In this document: piece after piece, positions 19,574 through 30,912 of the stretch
Layout of the letters: each line of letters starts with the position of its first letter
How positions within the stretch are numbered: position 1 is the stretch's first letter
NCBI GenBank assembly: GCA_963777505.1
Contig: CAVZQN010000004.1
Location: 512,001-576,000 of the forward strand
Origin: an uncultured bacterium
GTDB taxonomy: Bacteria; Acidobacteriota; HRBIN11; JAKEFK01
Length of the DNA stretch: 64,000 bases
Direction: 5' to 3'
Translations under genes and position numbers: made by a program
Notes under the pieces: generated by a model
Database searches by the model: none
What the model was told of the DNA's origin: nothing
The model's input: only the letters and a program-made list of their open reading frames with translations

Positions 19574-20908
19574 ATGGGACAACTTTTTTCCTTTTTACTG
19601 GTTATTGGCGTAATCATCTTTATTCATGAGTCCGGTCATTTTTCAATGGCGAAGCTGTTCAAAATACCGGTCGCCGTTTTTTCACTGGGATTTGGTCCGA
19701 GATTATTTGGATTTCGGTACAAAGAAACTGAATACAAAGTTTCCGCAATTCCACTCGGTGGATATGTAAAGATCCATGGCATGGAGGATCAAGAAGCGGC
19801 ACCTGAAGATCCAAACTCTTTTTACAACAGGCCGCGATGGCAGAGATTTCTCGTACTTTTCATGGGTGTTGGTTTCAATTTCATTCTCAGCATCGTTTTA
19901 ATAACGATCGCATTACATCGCGGACTTGAAGTTCCACAGACCACTGTTGTTGATGGAACAATTGGAGCCGTAGCGCCTGAGTCGCCTGCATCAGCAGCAG
20001 GATTGAAACCAGGAGATGTCATTCTTGAAATTAATGACCGTAAAATTTCCACATGGAAAGATGTCAACTATGCGGTCCTGTTAAACCCTGGTGAAACAGT
20101 TACGGTTCGATTCAAACGCGACAAAGAACTTTTAGAAAAGAAAGTACGGCTGGGACAGGATAAAGAACGCAGTCTTGGACAGTTGGGAATTGCTCCGGCT
20201 ACAGATGTCGTTGTTGGCGAAGTATCGAAAGGAATGCCTGCAGAAAAAGCAGGTCTTAAGAAGGGCGATCAAATCCTGAGCATTAATGGTGTATCGGTCA
20301 AAGGTACAGAGGTCGTTCCGGCGCTGGTGCAGGGTAGTCAGGGAAAAACATTAACCCTTGAAATAGCGCGGATGGAGGGGAATCAGAAGGTTCATAAGGC
20401 CCTCACGATTACGCCGACCCGCAAAGAGAATCGCTGGTTAATAGGGTTTGGTCCCGTAGAACGCACTGTACTTGTGAAGCTTCCATTACGCGCGGCAATT
20501 CGTGAAAGTTTTTCCAAATGTAAGGAACATGTTGAAATGACCGGTAAATTTCTGTCGAAATTATTTACTGGCAAGCTTTCATTGCGTGCGGCATCAGGCC
20601 CGTTTGAAATTGCAAGATTTAGTAATGTGGCAAGAAATCAAAGTCTTTCTACATTTTTGCTGTTTATCGGTACGATCAGTTTTGATATTGGCTTAATTAA
20701 CTTATTGCCTATTCCTGCATTGGACGGTGGTCACATCTTCTTTTTGCTTTTGGAAGGGATTACAAGACGCGAATTCAGTATTAAGTTGAAAGAACGTTTA
20801 ACGATGATCGGGTTTGTGTTCTTGATCGGTGTTATGTGTGTAGTACTCTTTTATGACATCTCCCGTACAGGTCCAATTCAACAGTTGATTGAGTCTTTTG
20901 GAAAATGA
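19574..20908 (+). CDS. rseP: RIP metalloprotease RseP with two PDZ domains
   Basis: HESGH, IPLGGYV, NLLPIPALDGG; conserved position after dxr. Confidence 0.93.
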   Translation: MGQLFSFLLVIGVIIFIHESGHFSMAKLFKIPVAVFSLGFGPRLFGFRYKETEYKVSAIPLGGYVKIHGMEDQEAAPEDPNSFYNRPRWQRFLVLFMGVGFNFILSIVLITIALHRGLEVPQTTVVDGTIGAVAPESPASAAGLKPGDVILEINDRKISTWKDVNYAVLLNPGETVTVRFKRDKELLEKKVRLGQDKERSLGQLGIAPATDVVVGEVSKGMPAEKAGLKKGDQILSINGVSVKGTEVVPALVQGSQGKTLTLEIARMEGNQKVHKALTITPTRKENRWLIGFGPVERTVLVKLPLRAAIRESFSKCKEHVEMTGKFLSKLFTGKLSLRAASGPFEIARFSNVARNQSLSTFLLFIGTISFDIGLINLLPIPALDGGHIFFLLLEGITRREFSIKLKERLTMIGFVFLIGVMCVVLFYDISRTGPIQQLIESFGK

Positions 20909-20953
20909 TCGTTTCTTAAGTTCGTGAAGAGGGGAGAATAGGGGATCCTGGTT

Positions 20954-21424
20954 ATGAAAATATTGTTTGTTTGTACAGGGAACGTTTGTCGTTCTCCGCT
21001 TGCCGAAGGATATTTCAAAAGTCTGCTGAATGAACAGAATATATCCGGAATTCATGCCGGATCAGCTGGAATTGCTGCCCTCGTTGGGGCACAGCCTTTT
21101 GAGTGTGCGCAGGAAGTTGCCGAAGTGAACTCTTTTGATATTTCTGGGAAACGGAGCGAGCAACTGACTCCAGAATTAATCCGCGAATACGATCATGTCA
21201 TCTGTATGGAATCCTGGCAGGCATCGATTGCAATGCAAATGGAACCTGAACATTCTGGGAAAATAGCTTTGCTGGGATCCTATCATCCTGATGGGAAATC
21301 GCTAGTTCAGATACCAGATCCTCGTGATTTTACGTTCCCGGAAACCTTGCGGACGTTTGAAGCCATTAAGGAATCTGTGGAGTATCTTTTCAAGCGCGTT
21401 TCCACCAAATCATTGACGAAGTAG
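20954..21424 (+). CDS. Low-molecular-weight protein tyrosine phosphatase
   Basis: P-loop CTGNVCRSP, IPDP. Confidence 0.88.
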   Translation: MKILFVCTGNVCRSPLAEGYFKSLLNEQNISGIHAGSAGIAALVGAQPFECAQEVAEVNSFDISGKRSEQLTPELIREYDHVICMESWQASIAMQMEPEHSGKIALLGSYHPDGKSLVQIPDPRDFTFPETLRTFEAIKESVEYLFKRVSTKSLTK

Positions 21425-21470
21425 TCTCAATCTCTTTTACCGCAGAGTCGCAGAGTACTACAATATCAGT

Positions 21471-23564
21471 ATGTTCATGGAACTTGTGCCGGTTGTTGGT
21501 TATTTAATCGGAACGGCAATCCACACACTCATTGCAGCACTTGTGATGTTTCGTAAGCAGAAACGTCCGAGTGAACGAATCTTTTTGTTTCTGGTTATTT
21601 CTGTAGGGATTTGGCACGGCGGTAATTTGCTTGCCCTGATTCTGGGACGGATATCGGGAGGCGGATGGCAATTTGCCATTCAATTCTTCCGCTCTGTAGC
21701 CTTTTTGGGATTGGCTACCTTACCTGCGCTGCTCGTTCATACTCATGTTGCGTTTTTGCGTGAAAGCCAGGGAGCAATTCAAACTCGTCATCAAAATCCT
21801 CTTCTGGTTGTTATTTATGCACCGTTGTTATGGTGTCTGATCCCCTTAAGTAAGCTGTTTGCAAATCCTCCAATTTCACCTTCAGAAGTACTCAGTCAAT
21901 ACATGCTTCCATATGTCTGCTGGTTTGTTACCGCTGTCATCATTTCCGCCTTAATTGACATGCGCCTTGCCCGTGTTCAGGAAGACGAACCATTTCGTCA
22001 TTTCTATCGTGTCATAGGAACGATTTTCTTTTTCATCGCTCTGCTGACGACCTTCACTTATATTTTTGGCGGACGCGAATTTCCATGGTTGCGAAAATAC
22101 CTGGAAGTCATCAGCATCATTTCCTCGATTCTTCCCAGTACGATCCTTGCTTACTTTATCTATCGTTACAATTTTCTTGAACTTGTAATTCGCCGCTCCT
22201 TTTTTGTAATTACACTTTCATTTGTCATTTTTGGCGCGTACTTTTTAGGAGTCCGGCAGATCACTTTGTACCTTGCAAGATATTTCGATGTAATTCCCGG
22301 CTTGTTTGAGGCTCTTTCGATTCTCGTTCTGGTTGTAACCTTTCCAATCTATAAGAAGTGGCTGCAGAAAAAGGTCAATCAAGTCTTCTTTAGAGAATTC
22401 GGGTATTACCATCAACTCTTCAACGAGTTGGAGCAGACGATTAATCGAATTTTTGGACTTCAGCCCCTGGTAGATTACATTCAGAAAACGACTTCCAAAG
22501 TTCTTTTTCTTGATTCCATTAATCTAACCATATTTGAAATGGTAGAAAGCCGTCTCAAGTTTCTAGCTACAACTCACGATTCATTGCCTGAAATAGAATT
22601 GATCGTCCAAAAAATTTTGAAAGAGAATGCTAGACTCCTGCGTGTGGAAGACGTGAAGGAGGATGAAGTTATTTCGGAGATGAAGGCTCTTGGCGCCACA
22701 TTAATTCTTCCGATCCGGCACAAGGAACGGCTCATTGGCATCTTTTCATTCAAAGCGAGACCACCGCGTAGACCGATCCTGACTCAAGAACTCGACATGT
22801 TACAGAGTTTGGTGGCGCAGACCGCAATGAGTGTCGCTTCTGCTTTGTTGATGGAAGATAAACTGAAGCTAGAACGAGAAGTTGCAAAAAAAGAACGGAT
22901 GGCATCCATCGGTCAGATGGCAGCTACGCTCGCACATGAAATCAAGAATCCACTCAGCTCAATCAAAAGCATTACACAATCGCTTCAAGAGCAAACACAC
23001 GATGAAGCATTGAAGCAAGATCTCGAAGTCATTGTGAATGAAGTAGACCGTTTGAATTACTCAGTAAATCAGCTGCTTCAATTTGCGCGTTCTTCTTCGC
23101 AGGATACGACAGAGATTTCGGTTGTGGAAATCATGGAGCGGGTAATAAAGGTTTTGCAAAATGAAACAAGAACACAAAATGTTGAGATCCATCACAATTA
23201 CAACGGCAATATTCCGTCTGTGTTTGCCAGTACGTTTGCACTTCAAGATGTTTTTTTGAATTTGCTTTTGAATGCACTTCAAGCCATGCCTTCAGGAGGA
23301 GATATTCAAATTGACTATCAAAAAAATGGAAAGCATCTTGAAGTCCATATTGCTGATAGCGGTCCGGGAATCCGTCCGGAAATGCTGACCCGTATTTTTG
23401 ATCCATTTTTTACAACGAAGCAAAAGGGAACGGGGCTTGGTCTGGCTGTTGTGAAGCAAAAACTCTCCGAATTCGGAGCTGATATCAATGTTAGTAATGT
23501 AAAGCCTACTGGTTCTCGATTTACAATTACCTTCCCTGTGGAAAATCAACAGGCTGTGCGATAA
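21471..23564 (+). CDS. Multi-TM + GAF sensor histidine kinase
   Basis: About 8 TM segments, GAF-like region, AHEIKNPL, NLLLNA, DSGPG, FFTTK, GTGLGL. Confidence 0.92.
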   Translation: MFMELVPVVGYLIGTAIHTLIAALVMFRKQKRPSERIFLFLVISVGIWHGGNLLALILGRISGGGWQFAIQFFRSVAFLGLATLPALLVHTHVAFLRESQGAIQTRHQNPLLVVIYAPLLWCLIPLSKLFANPPISPSEVLSQYMLPYVCWFVTAVIISALIDMRLARVQEDEPFRHFYRVIGTIFFFIALLTTFTYIFGGREFPWLRKYLEVISIISSILPSTILAYFIYRYNFLELVIRRSFFVITLSFVIFGAYFLGVRQITLYLARYFDVIPGLFEALSILVLVVTFPIYKKWLQKKVNQVFFREFGYYHQLFNELEQTINRIFGLQPLVDYIQKTTSKVLFLDSINLTIFEMVESRLKFLATTHDSLPEIELIVQKILKENARLLRVEDVKEDEVISEMKALGATLILPIRHKERLIGIFSFKARPPRRPILTQELDMLQSLVAQTAMSVASALLMEDKLKLEREVAKKERMASIGQMAATLAHEIKNPLSSIKSITQSLQEQTHDEALKQDLEVIVNEVDRLNYSVNQLLQFARSSSQDTTEISVVEIMERVIKVLQNETRTQNVEIHHNYNGNIPSVFASTFALQDVFLNLLLNALQAMPSGGDIQIDYQKNGKHLEVHIADSGPGIRPEMLTRIFDPFFTTKQKGTGLGLAVVKQKLSEFGADINVSNVKPTGSRFTITFPVENQQAVR

Positions 23565-23579
23565 TCCGCAGAGATGTTT

Positions 23580-23652
23580 GTAGGGGCGGGTCTCAGACCC
23601 GCCCGTACTTTTATACTGCCGTTTAGCCGGGCGGGCAAAGACCCGCCCCTAC
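23580..23652. repeat. GTAG-type REP inverted doublet (family B)
   Basis: GTAGGGGCGGGTCTCAGACCCGCCC ... GGGCGGGCAAAGACCCGCCCCTAC. Confidence 0.85.
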
Positions 23653-23667
23653 ATCTAGGAGAATCTA

Positions 23668-25048
23668 TTGGACCGTGCTCAATTGTTGGTAGTCGATGAT
23701 GAACCTGCATCACGCTACGGAATCAAAAAAGCATTAACTCCGTTCAAGCTTACAATTCAGGAAGCTTCTGATGGAAATCAGGCTCTTCAAATGATTTCAC
23801 AACTAAATCCTGACGTCGTAATTCTTGATATCAATCTTCCAGGAATTGATGGCTTAACCGTTCTTGACCGAAACATCCAGGCAGAATCATTCACCGTTGG
23901 TCATTGTTATCACTGCATATGGCTCTGAAAAAGTTGCCGTTGAAGCGATGAAACTTGGTGCTTACGACTACATTGCAAAGCCTTATGAAATTGAAGACTT
24001 GAGGCTTACAGTTGCTCGTGCTTTAGAAAAGCTTCAACTCAAAGAAGAGAATACGCAGCTTCGCACTGAACTTGAAAAACGTACGGGTGTAGGAAGAATT
24101 CTTGGGCAGTCTGCTGCAATGCGCAAGGTCTTTGATTTGATCGAAAAGGTTAGCCAGAGCGATATCACGGTTTTGATTCAAGGAGAAAGCGGAACAGGAA
24201 AAGAACTCGTCGCACGGGAAATCCATCATCGCAGTTCGCGTTTACGAAAACCGTTCATAACTATGAATTGCGCTGCACTCCCTGAAAATCTAATCGAAAG
24301 TGAACTATTCGGACATGAAAAAGGAGCATTTACCGGCGCAGTCAAACAAAGGAAAGGGAAATTTGAACTCGCTCATGAAGGCACAATTTTTCTCGATGAA
24401 ATCGGTGATATGAGCGTGAATACCCAGGCCAAAGTCTTGCGTGTACTGCAAGAAAAGAAATTTGAACGGCTTGGCGGAAGTGAAACTCTGGAAGTAGATG
24501 CCAGGATCATTTCAGCGACACATAAGGATCTGCTTGCCGAAATGGAACGTGCCAATTTCAGGCAAGACCTTTATTACAGATTGAAAGTTATCGACATCGT
24601 AATTCCTCCACTTCGTGAAAGACGCGAAGACATTCCGGTACTTGTAGACCACTACATTAGAGAATTTGCCGCTCGTCACAATAAAACCGTTGAAGGTTTC
24701 CAGCCTGATGCGATGAAACAAATCATGGAATTTCACTGGCCAGGAAATGTTCGGCAACTTGTAAATATGCTTGAACGGGCAGTTGTTCTCGCATCACGTC
24801 CTGTTTTAAAAATCGAAGATCTTCCTGAAGATTTGAATCTTCGTTCCAGTTTCAATGAAGGCTTTTTAGATGAGCTGATGCATCTTCCATTCAAGCAGGC
24901 CAAGGAACGGATCACTACGCATTTTATGAAGGAATACCTGACTCGAAAACTTCGAGACAATGGAGACAATATCAGCCACACAGCTGCAGAGCTTGGAATT
25001 CATAGACAAAGCCTGCAGATGATGCTTCGAAGACTCGGTATCAAATAA
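23668..25048 (+). CDS. sigma54-dependent response regulator (NtrC family); frameshift near 23870
   Basis: REC (VVDDE, LDINLP, ITAYG, YIAKP), GESGTGKE, GAFTGA, FLDEIG, WPGNVRQL, Fis HTH. Confidence 0.92.
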
Positions 25049-25050
25049 TT

Positions 25051-25613
25051 ATGAATTTCCCACTAACTGTCTCCGCTGCAATTGCGGATCCAATAAAATT
25101 CTGGGAACAAAACCTCAAGAATGAAGATTCATTTGAGGCATTGCGGTACGCATTTACGGTTTCGTTTTTTGTCTTCGCGGGATTTTTGTTTCATTACACA
25201 ATTACAGGCAAGATCTGGAATTACTATCCATTTGAACATACGACTCTCACAGTGGGACGATCCATTCCATTGGCAATTGTTCAATGGATGTTTTATGCGT
25301 CTTTTCGGCAGCCAGTACTTTCATCATGGACTGCACATTTTTCAGGAAATCATCTTCTGTCGAATCAAAGCAACGCATGATTGTTGCTGCATATGCTTTA
25401 ACACCTTTATGTGTCGCATGGCTGTTTGTTGGCGTCCCCTTTCTTCACAAACCTACAATCGTTTTGGGATTAGCAATTTTTGCTTACAGTTTGTTCTATG
25501 GATATCGAACGATTCTTGGTTACACGATCTCCGTTCGTTGGTCTTGTACCGGCGCTACTTATGTGCTTTATGAAGTCTTTCGAAGCGTAATTGTGTATGT
25601 CATAGGCTTTTAG
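25051..25613 (+). CDS. Yip1-like membrane protein; frameshift in the T run near 25303
   Basis: Joined ORFs give about 5 TM with IADPIKFW...AAYALTPL...YSLFYG. Confidence 0.5.
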
Positions 25614-25623
25614 GGCTTGTGCG

Positions 25624-27259
25624 TTGCTCTGGCGAACAAATAACATGGATGCGGTCTGTTTACTGCTGATTCTGCTCTTACTCACACTTGGCTTTCGTAT
25701 TGTTCAATCTGACTGCAGATCCTCCGGCTGATTTCGATTGGAGCGGTGGATATTTTGCAGACGAAGGTTATTGGAGTCACAATGCGCGGAATGAGGCGTT
25801 GTTTACTTACCGTTGCAAGATGATTGGGATGTCGTGTCGTGTTACGCTTGTCTTTGCAGGCTTTCAAAATTTTGTCTTTCAGTAGGGGCTGGGGTTAGTT
25901 CAAGTAAGGATTGTTGGACTTTTATTGGCTCTTGCACTTGCGTTTACTACATCTTCATCGTGCAAAGACATTGGGATGCTGGTACAGCTTTCGGTATTTC
26001 TGCGGTTGTTTCTTTAAACTTTCCGATGCTGGTTTTATCGCGCTAGGGGATTCCTTATCCTTTTGCTGCTGCTCTTGCATGGGGCTGCCCTCGCATTATT
26101 GTTCGTCAATTCTCTTCCTGCTGCATTCGCTGCAGGAGTCCTTTTGATTGCAGCACTCATCACAAAGTACTTCATGATTTATACATTCGTTCCGATTGCT
26201 GCAGTCATTCTGATTTGGAATCGAATTCCAGGACCACGGGTTCTTGCATTTGGTTCGGGCGTTTTGCTCGCATTAGGGCTCTGGTATTTTTGGAACGTCA
26301 TTCCAAATGGTGAACTCATTTCTGGTTTCAACAAGTTTTACTCTTCTCAACAAAGTCAGCAGACCTGGGGTTTGATCCCTGTAATGAAAAACATGGTGTT
26401 GCAGCCATTTTATTTATATGCGGTGAAGACTCCAGCCATTCTGTTTTTTGGCAACATCATGTTGTGGTACATAGCGATCCGTTTTCGCGAGATCAAGCCG
26501 GCAGAACGGGCAGTGTGGCTCTGGGTTGTCGCAGGGATTCTATTTTTTGCACTCTGGCGTTACAGGCCTTTGCGGTATTACACGTCTCTGTTTCCACCAC
26601 TTGCAGTGCTCGCTTGTATGGCTGTGATTTATCGTGAATCGCTCGCACAAACATTTCGTGAAGCGAAATATCGATCTTTGTTGTGGCTTGGCGCCGCAAT
26701 TCCAGTGATTCAAATTTGTTTTGTGCTTGCGGATCGTTTCTTCGCATGGAATCAAATACCAGCACAACTTGGAATCCGCACGTTTGATGCAATTCTTTTC
26801 GTTCTCCTATCAATTGCGGGGCTGGTCTGCCTGATGCAGCAAAGAACGAAATGGGTCCCTCTGTTATTATTTTCAGGCATGTTGTTATCCGACGGCCGGA
26901 ACTACGTTCAATGGATGATAAAACCAGAATACAACGCCTTGAATATTTCAAATGATCTTCAAAATCGCATCCCCAACGCAGTCATAGCCGGACAGTGGGC
27001 TCCAGAGCTGGTGCTTGAGAATGAGCTACGTGCGGTGCCTGTTTGGAAAGATTTTGTCAATTCGGATAACCCATTTGAAGAGTTTGGAATCACACATCTT
27101 TTGATGTGGCGTTATGGACTTGGAGATGAGCTGACAAAATTTACAGAATGGTATCCTGACGAAATGAAAAACTTTCGTCCGTTGCGAAGTTATAGAATTA
27201 AAGATTCCGATTTGCTTCTGCTTGAAAAAAAAGGGAGCGCAGCCTCTGGTCCGCAATAG
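25624..27259 (+). CDS. ArnT/PMT-like (GT-C) membrane glycosyltransferase; several frameshifts between 25700 and 26070
   Basis: R..NL.ADPP...DEGYW first-loop motif, multi-TM, PLRYY..LFPP. Confidence 0.65.
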
Positions 27260-27269
27260 TGAGGATTGA

Positions 27270-28903
27270 ATGAAAAAATGGTTTGTACTTTTGCTTTTGG
27301 TATTTTCTTTTAATGCCTCAGCTGAGGAAGCAGATCTTCTGTTGAGAATGGCACCGTTATAACAATGGACGCTTCAATTCCGGAAGCTTCTGCGGTTGCC
27401 GTCAAAGGTGAAAAGATTATTTGGGTAGGAAACACATCTGATGCTTCAAAATGGGCAGGCAAGAACACAAAAGTGTTGGATCTTGCCGGAGCGTTTGTTT
27501 ATCCCGGATTGATTGAAGGTCATGCGCACATTGTTGGGTTGGGCCAGTCCCGTTCGACCCTCGATCTGGTAGGAACGGCGGATAAAGATTCGATCTTGAA
27601 AAAGGTTGGTGATCGCGCGAAAACAACTTCAAAAGCTGGCTGGATTTTGGGGCGTGGCTGGGATCAAAATGATTGGCCTACAAAAGAATTTCCCACTGCC
27701 GCCGATCTTGATTCTGTTTCAGCGGGACATCCAGTCGTTCTAGAACGCATTGATGGACATGCCATTTGGGTGAGTAGCGAAGTTTTAAAACTTGCGAAGA
27801 TTTCAGCAGCAACCAAAGATCCTGATGGCGGAAAAATTGTTCGCGATGATAAGGGAAATCCGACTGGCGTTTTGGTTGATCTTGCTGCAGGGCTCGTTGA
27901 GCGTGTCGTACCACCGCCAACAAAACAAGATTTGCTGAACTTCACAAAAGTTGCATTGCAAGAAGCCGCATCCAAAGGCATTACGATGATTCAAGATGCA
28001 GGCACAAGTGGTCAAGTTTTGGAGGCGTTTAAAGAGCTTGCTTCTTCAAACGAATTGCCGGTCCGGATTTATTCAATGGTCAGCCATGGTTCGCCTTTCG
28101 CAGATGCATTTTTAAATCAAGGCCCATCAAATTACGGTCCTTATTTAGATGTGCGTAGCATGAAGATGTATATGGATGGCGCGCTCGGTTCACGCGGTGC
28201 CGCCTTATTGGAACCTTATTCAGATGATCCGAAGAATTCCGGACTCATCCTGGCACAAGATGCAGTGCTGATGGATGCATTGCAGCGTGCAAAGAAAGCT
28301 GGCATTCAAGTTGGAATTCACGCAATCGGCGATCGCGCAAATAGAAAAGTCCTTGATGCGTACGAAAAAGTTGGCGTTAAAGGGATGCGTTGGCGCATTG
28401 AACATGTTCAAGTTCTCGCTCCTTCAGATATTCCGCGTCTTAGTCAGCTCGATGTGATTGCATCCATGCAGCCAATTCACGCAACATCGGATGGACCCTG
28501 GGCTACCGATCGATTAGGTCCTGAACGCGTAAAAGGCGCATATGCATGGCGTTCTTTGCTGGATCAAAAAACAATCATTGCGGGTGGTTCTGATGCACCG
28601 GTGGAAGAGATCAATCCATTGTGGGGAATTTATGCCGCGATTACGCGTCAGGATCATCAAGGAAAACCGGAAGGAGGATGGCATCCAGAACAGCTTGTTA
28701 CTCCAACAGAAGCACTTCGAATGTTCACAATGGATGCTGCTTATGCCGCATTCAGGGAAAAGGAGCTAGGTTCAATCAGCATAGGTAAATTTGCCGATAT
28801 GGTTGTGTTGCCGGAAAACATTTTGACTGGCAAGCCGTCCAAGCTGATTGATATGAAAGTGCGGTACACAATTACCGGCGGCAAAATCCGGTATCCTTTT
28901 TAG
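27270..28903 (+). CDS. Exported amidohydrolase 3 family (YtcJ-like); frameshift near 27346
   Basis: Signal peptide MKKWFVLLLL from 27270; PGLIEGHAH, DGALGSRGA, HAIGD, RIEH, GSDAPV. Confidence 0.88.
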
Positions 28904-28934
28904 CTCTGTGTCTCTGCGGTAAAAAGAGCCTGGG

Positions 28935-28963
28935 TTGACAGGTGGGATAGCCAAAACGATAAT
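28935..28963 (+). promoter_or_regulatory. sigma70 promoter
   Basis: TTGACA-N17-GATAAT ahead of the DUF59 gene. Confidence 0.65.
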
Positions 28964-28984
28964 CATGAGGTCTTAGGAGAAATT

Positions 28985-29284
28985 ATGTTGACACGTGAAC
29001 AAATTGATGAGGTCCTTAGGAAATGTTATGACCCCGAAATCCCAGTCAATGTTTTGGATTTAGGGCTCATTTATGACGTAGATTGGGCAGACGACAAAGT
29101 GAACGTTAAGATGACTTTAACGGCTCCTGGTTGCGGCATGGGACCGATGATTGCAGAAGATGTAAAGACAAAGCTGATGGGGCTTCCCGGCGTAAAGGAA
29201 GCTAAAGTGGAAATGGTCTTCGACCCACCCTGGACTCCCGAAAAAATGAGCGAAGACGCTAGAAAATCCCTCGGTTGGGAATAA
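28985..29284 (+). CDS. DUF59 / SufT-like Fe-S cluster assembly protein
   Basis: YDPEIPVNVLDLGLIY, MTLTAPGCGMG, FDPPW. Confidence 0.92.
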   Translation: MLTREQIDEVLRKCYDPEIPVNVLDLGLIYDVDWADDKVNVKMTLTAPGCGMGPMIAEDVKTKLMGLPGVKEAKVEMVFDPPWTPEKMSEDARKSLGWE

Positions 29285-29408
29285 TCCAATAATTCATTAC
29301 TCCAACAATCCAGACCCAAATACCTGATTTTGGTTCAATATTCTTTGGTATTGATAAAACCCCACGTGTGTGGTTTAACTTTAATGCAAAAGAAAATCAG
29401 GAGGGCAA

Positions 29409-29669
29409 ATGTTCGCCACATCCATCTCATCCATTATCGGCCTCGGAGCTTTAGTGTGCTGGATTATGGTTTTGATTCGCATGTTTAAGTCAGGAGTTCT
29501 GACAGGGATTCTAGGACTGGTTTGCGGTTTATATGCTTTTATCTGGGGATGGCTTCATTCAGGTGAAGGCCTGAGAAATGTGATGATCATTTGGACTATT
29601 TTGATCATTGCCGCTATTGCTTCAGGATTTTTCCTGGGATGGCCGGGAATGGTTCCTACAACATATTGA
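29409..29669 (+). CDS. Small 3-TM membrane protein
   Basis: Strong RBS (AGGAGG), hydrophobic ORF. Confidence 0.7.
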   Translation: MFATSISSIIGLGALVCWIMVLIRMFKSGVLTGILGLVCGLYAFIWGWLHSGEGLRNVMIIWTILIIAAIASGFFLGWPGMVPTTY

Positions 29670-29718
29670 AAAAATCGGTATTGATATTTTTTGAAGAAAC
29701 AAAATCAGGAGGCTGCTA

Positions 29719-30852
29719 ATGAAGGTTAAGTATGGACTCGTTGTGTTTCTTCTTCTACTTACTTTCATAATCCCCGCGTGTAAACAGGAAGCAAAGATTT
29801 ACAGAGTTGGAGCCGTGCTTCCCTTAAGCGGATCAATGGAAGCGTATGGAAGAAATGTCAAGAACGGGTTAATGCTTGCGTTAGATGAAATTAATGCCGC
29901 CGGCGGTATTAAGCGGAGAGGTGAGAGTGAAGGAAAGAATATAGACGTCATTATTGAAGATGATGGAACCGATGATAATAAAGCTGTTGAAAAAGCGAAG
30001 AATTTAGTAAAAACAGCTAGAGTTCCGTTAATCATTGGCGGAGTAACAAGCAGTACTGCTTTAGCACTCGCACCTGTCTGTGAAGCTGAAAAGGTAGTGC
30101 TACTATCTCCGACAGCCAGTTCACCGAAATTGTCGGGGGCCGGTCAATATGTTTTCCGTAACTATCCTTCCGATGCTCTTGAAGGACGCGTGATGGCCGA
30201 ATATGCAGTCCGGCGCATGAATGTTCGCGATGTAGCGATTTTCTTCATCGATAATGAGTACGGCCAGGGGCTGATGAGTGTTTTTAAGGAGCGATTTACC
30301 GGTCTTGGTGGGACAATCCAAATGGAACATGCATACCCGCAGGATGCTACGGATTTTGTTGCGCCTGTAAAACAACTCAAAGGGAATCCACCTGATGCCA
30401 TATATGTCATCGGATACTATGCGGAAATTACAAACATACTCAAGGAAATCGCCAAACAAAAAGTTGAGTCCAAAATTATCAGTGTCGAAGGATTAGTTCA
30501 ACCGATGGTTCTTGAAACTGCAGCGGATATTGTAGAGGGTGTTGTTTATCCTCAGCCTCACTACAATCCGGAAAGCCCGGATCCGAAGATTCAGGAATTT
30601 GTAAAAGCGTATCGTGCGAAGTTCAATACAAAACCTGATATTGATGCCGCTTTTGCTTACGATGCATTAAGAATTGTAGCAAAGGCCATTGAACAGAGTG
30701 CGAATTATCCTGTGGATCTGCGCGATAGAATTGCAGATGTAAGTATGCGTGGCATCATCGGTGATGTCAGTTTTGATTCCAACGGCGATGTTGATATTCG
30801 CCCGGAAATCTTTCAAATCAAAGGCGGCAAGTTCGTTCCGGTTGCAAAATAA
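29719..30852 (+). CDS. LivJ/LivK-like periplasmic binding lipoprotein (no adjacent permease)
   Basis: Lipobox IPAC, VGAVLPLSG, EINAAGGI, FRNYPSD, YDA. Confidence 0.85.
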   Translation: MKVKYGLVVFLLLLTFIIPACKQEAKIYRVGAVLPLSGSMEAYGRNVKNGLMLALDEINAAGGIKRRGESEGKNIDVIIEDDGTDDNKAVEKAKNLVKTARVPLIIGGVTSSTALALAPVCEAEKVVLLSPTASSPKLSGAGQYVFRNYPSDALEGRVMAEYAVRRMNVRDVAIFFIDNEYGQGLMSVFKERFTGLGGTIQMEHAYPQDATDFVAPVKQLKGNPPDAIYVIGYYAEITNILKEIAKQKVESKIISVEGLVQPMVLETAADIVEGVVYPQPHYNPESPDPKIQEFVKAYRAKFNTKPDIDAAFAYDALRIVAKAIEQSANYPVDLRDRIADVSMRGIIGDVSFDSNGDVDIRPEIFQIKGGKFVPVAK

Positions 30853-30912
30853 CGTTTAGTAACGCTTGGCAACAACCTGAAACGACTCTGTTTGCTAACT
30901 CAGGAGGAACGT

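Noticed and set aside
21612-21632. TGGCACG...TTGC as a sigma54 promoter
   Set aside because: It lies inside the kinase CDS and the GG-to-GC spacing is 14 nt rather than 10
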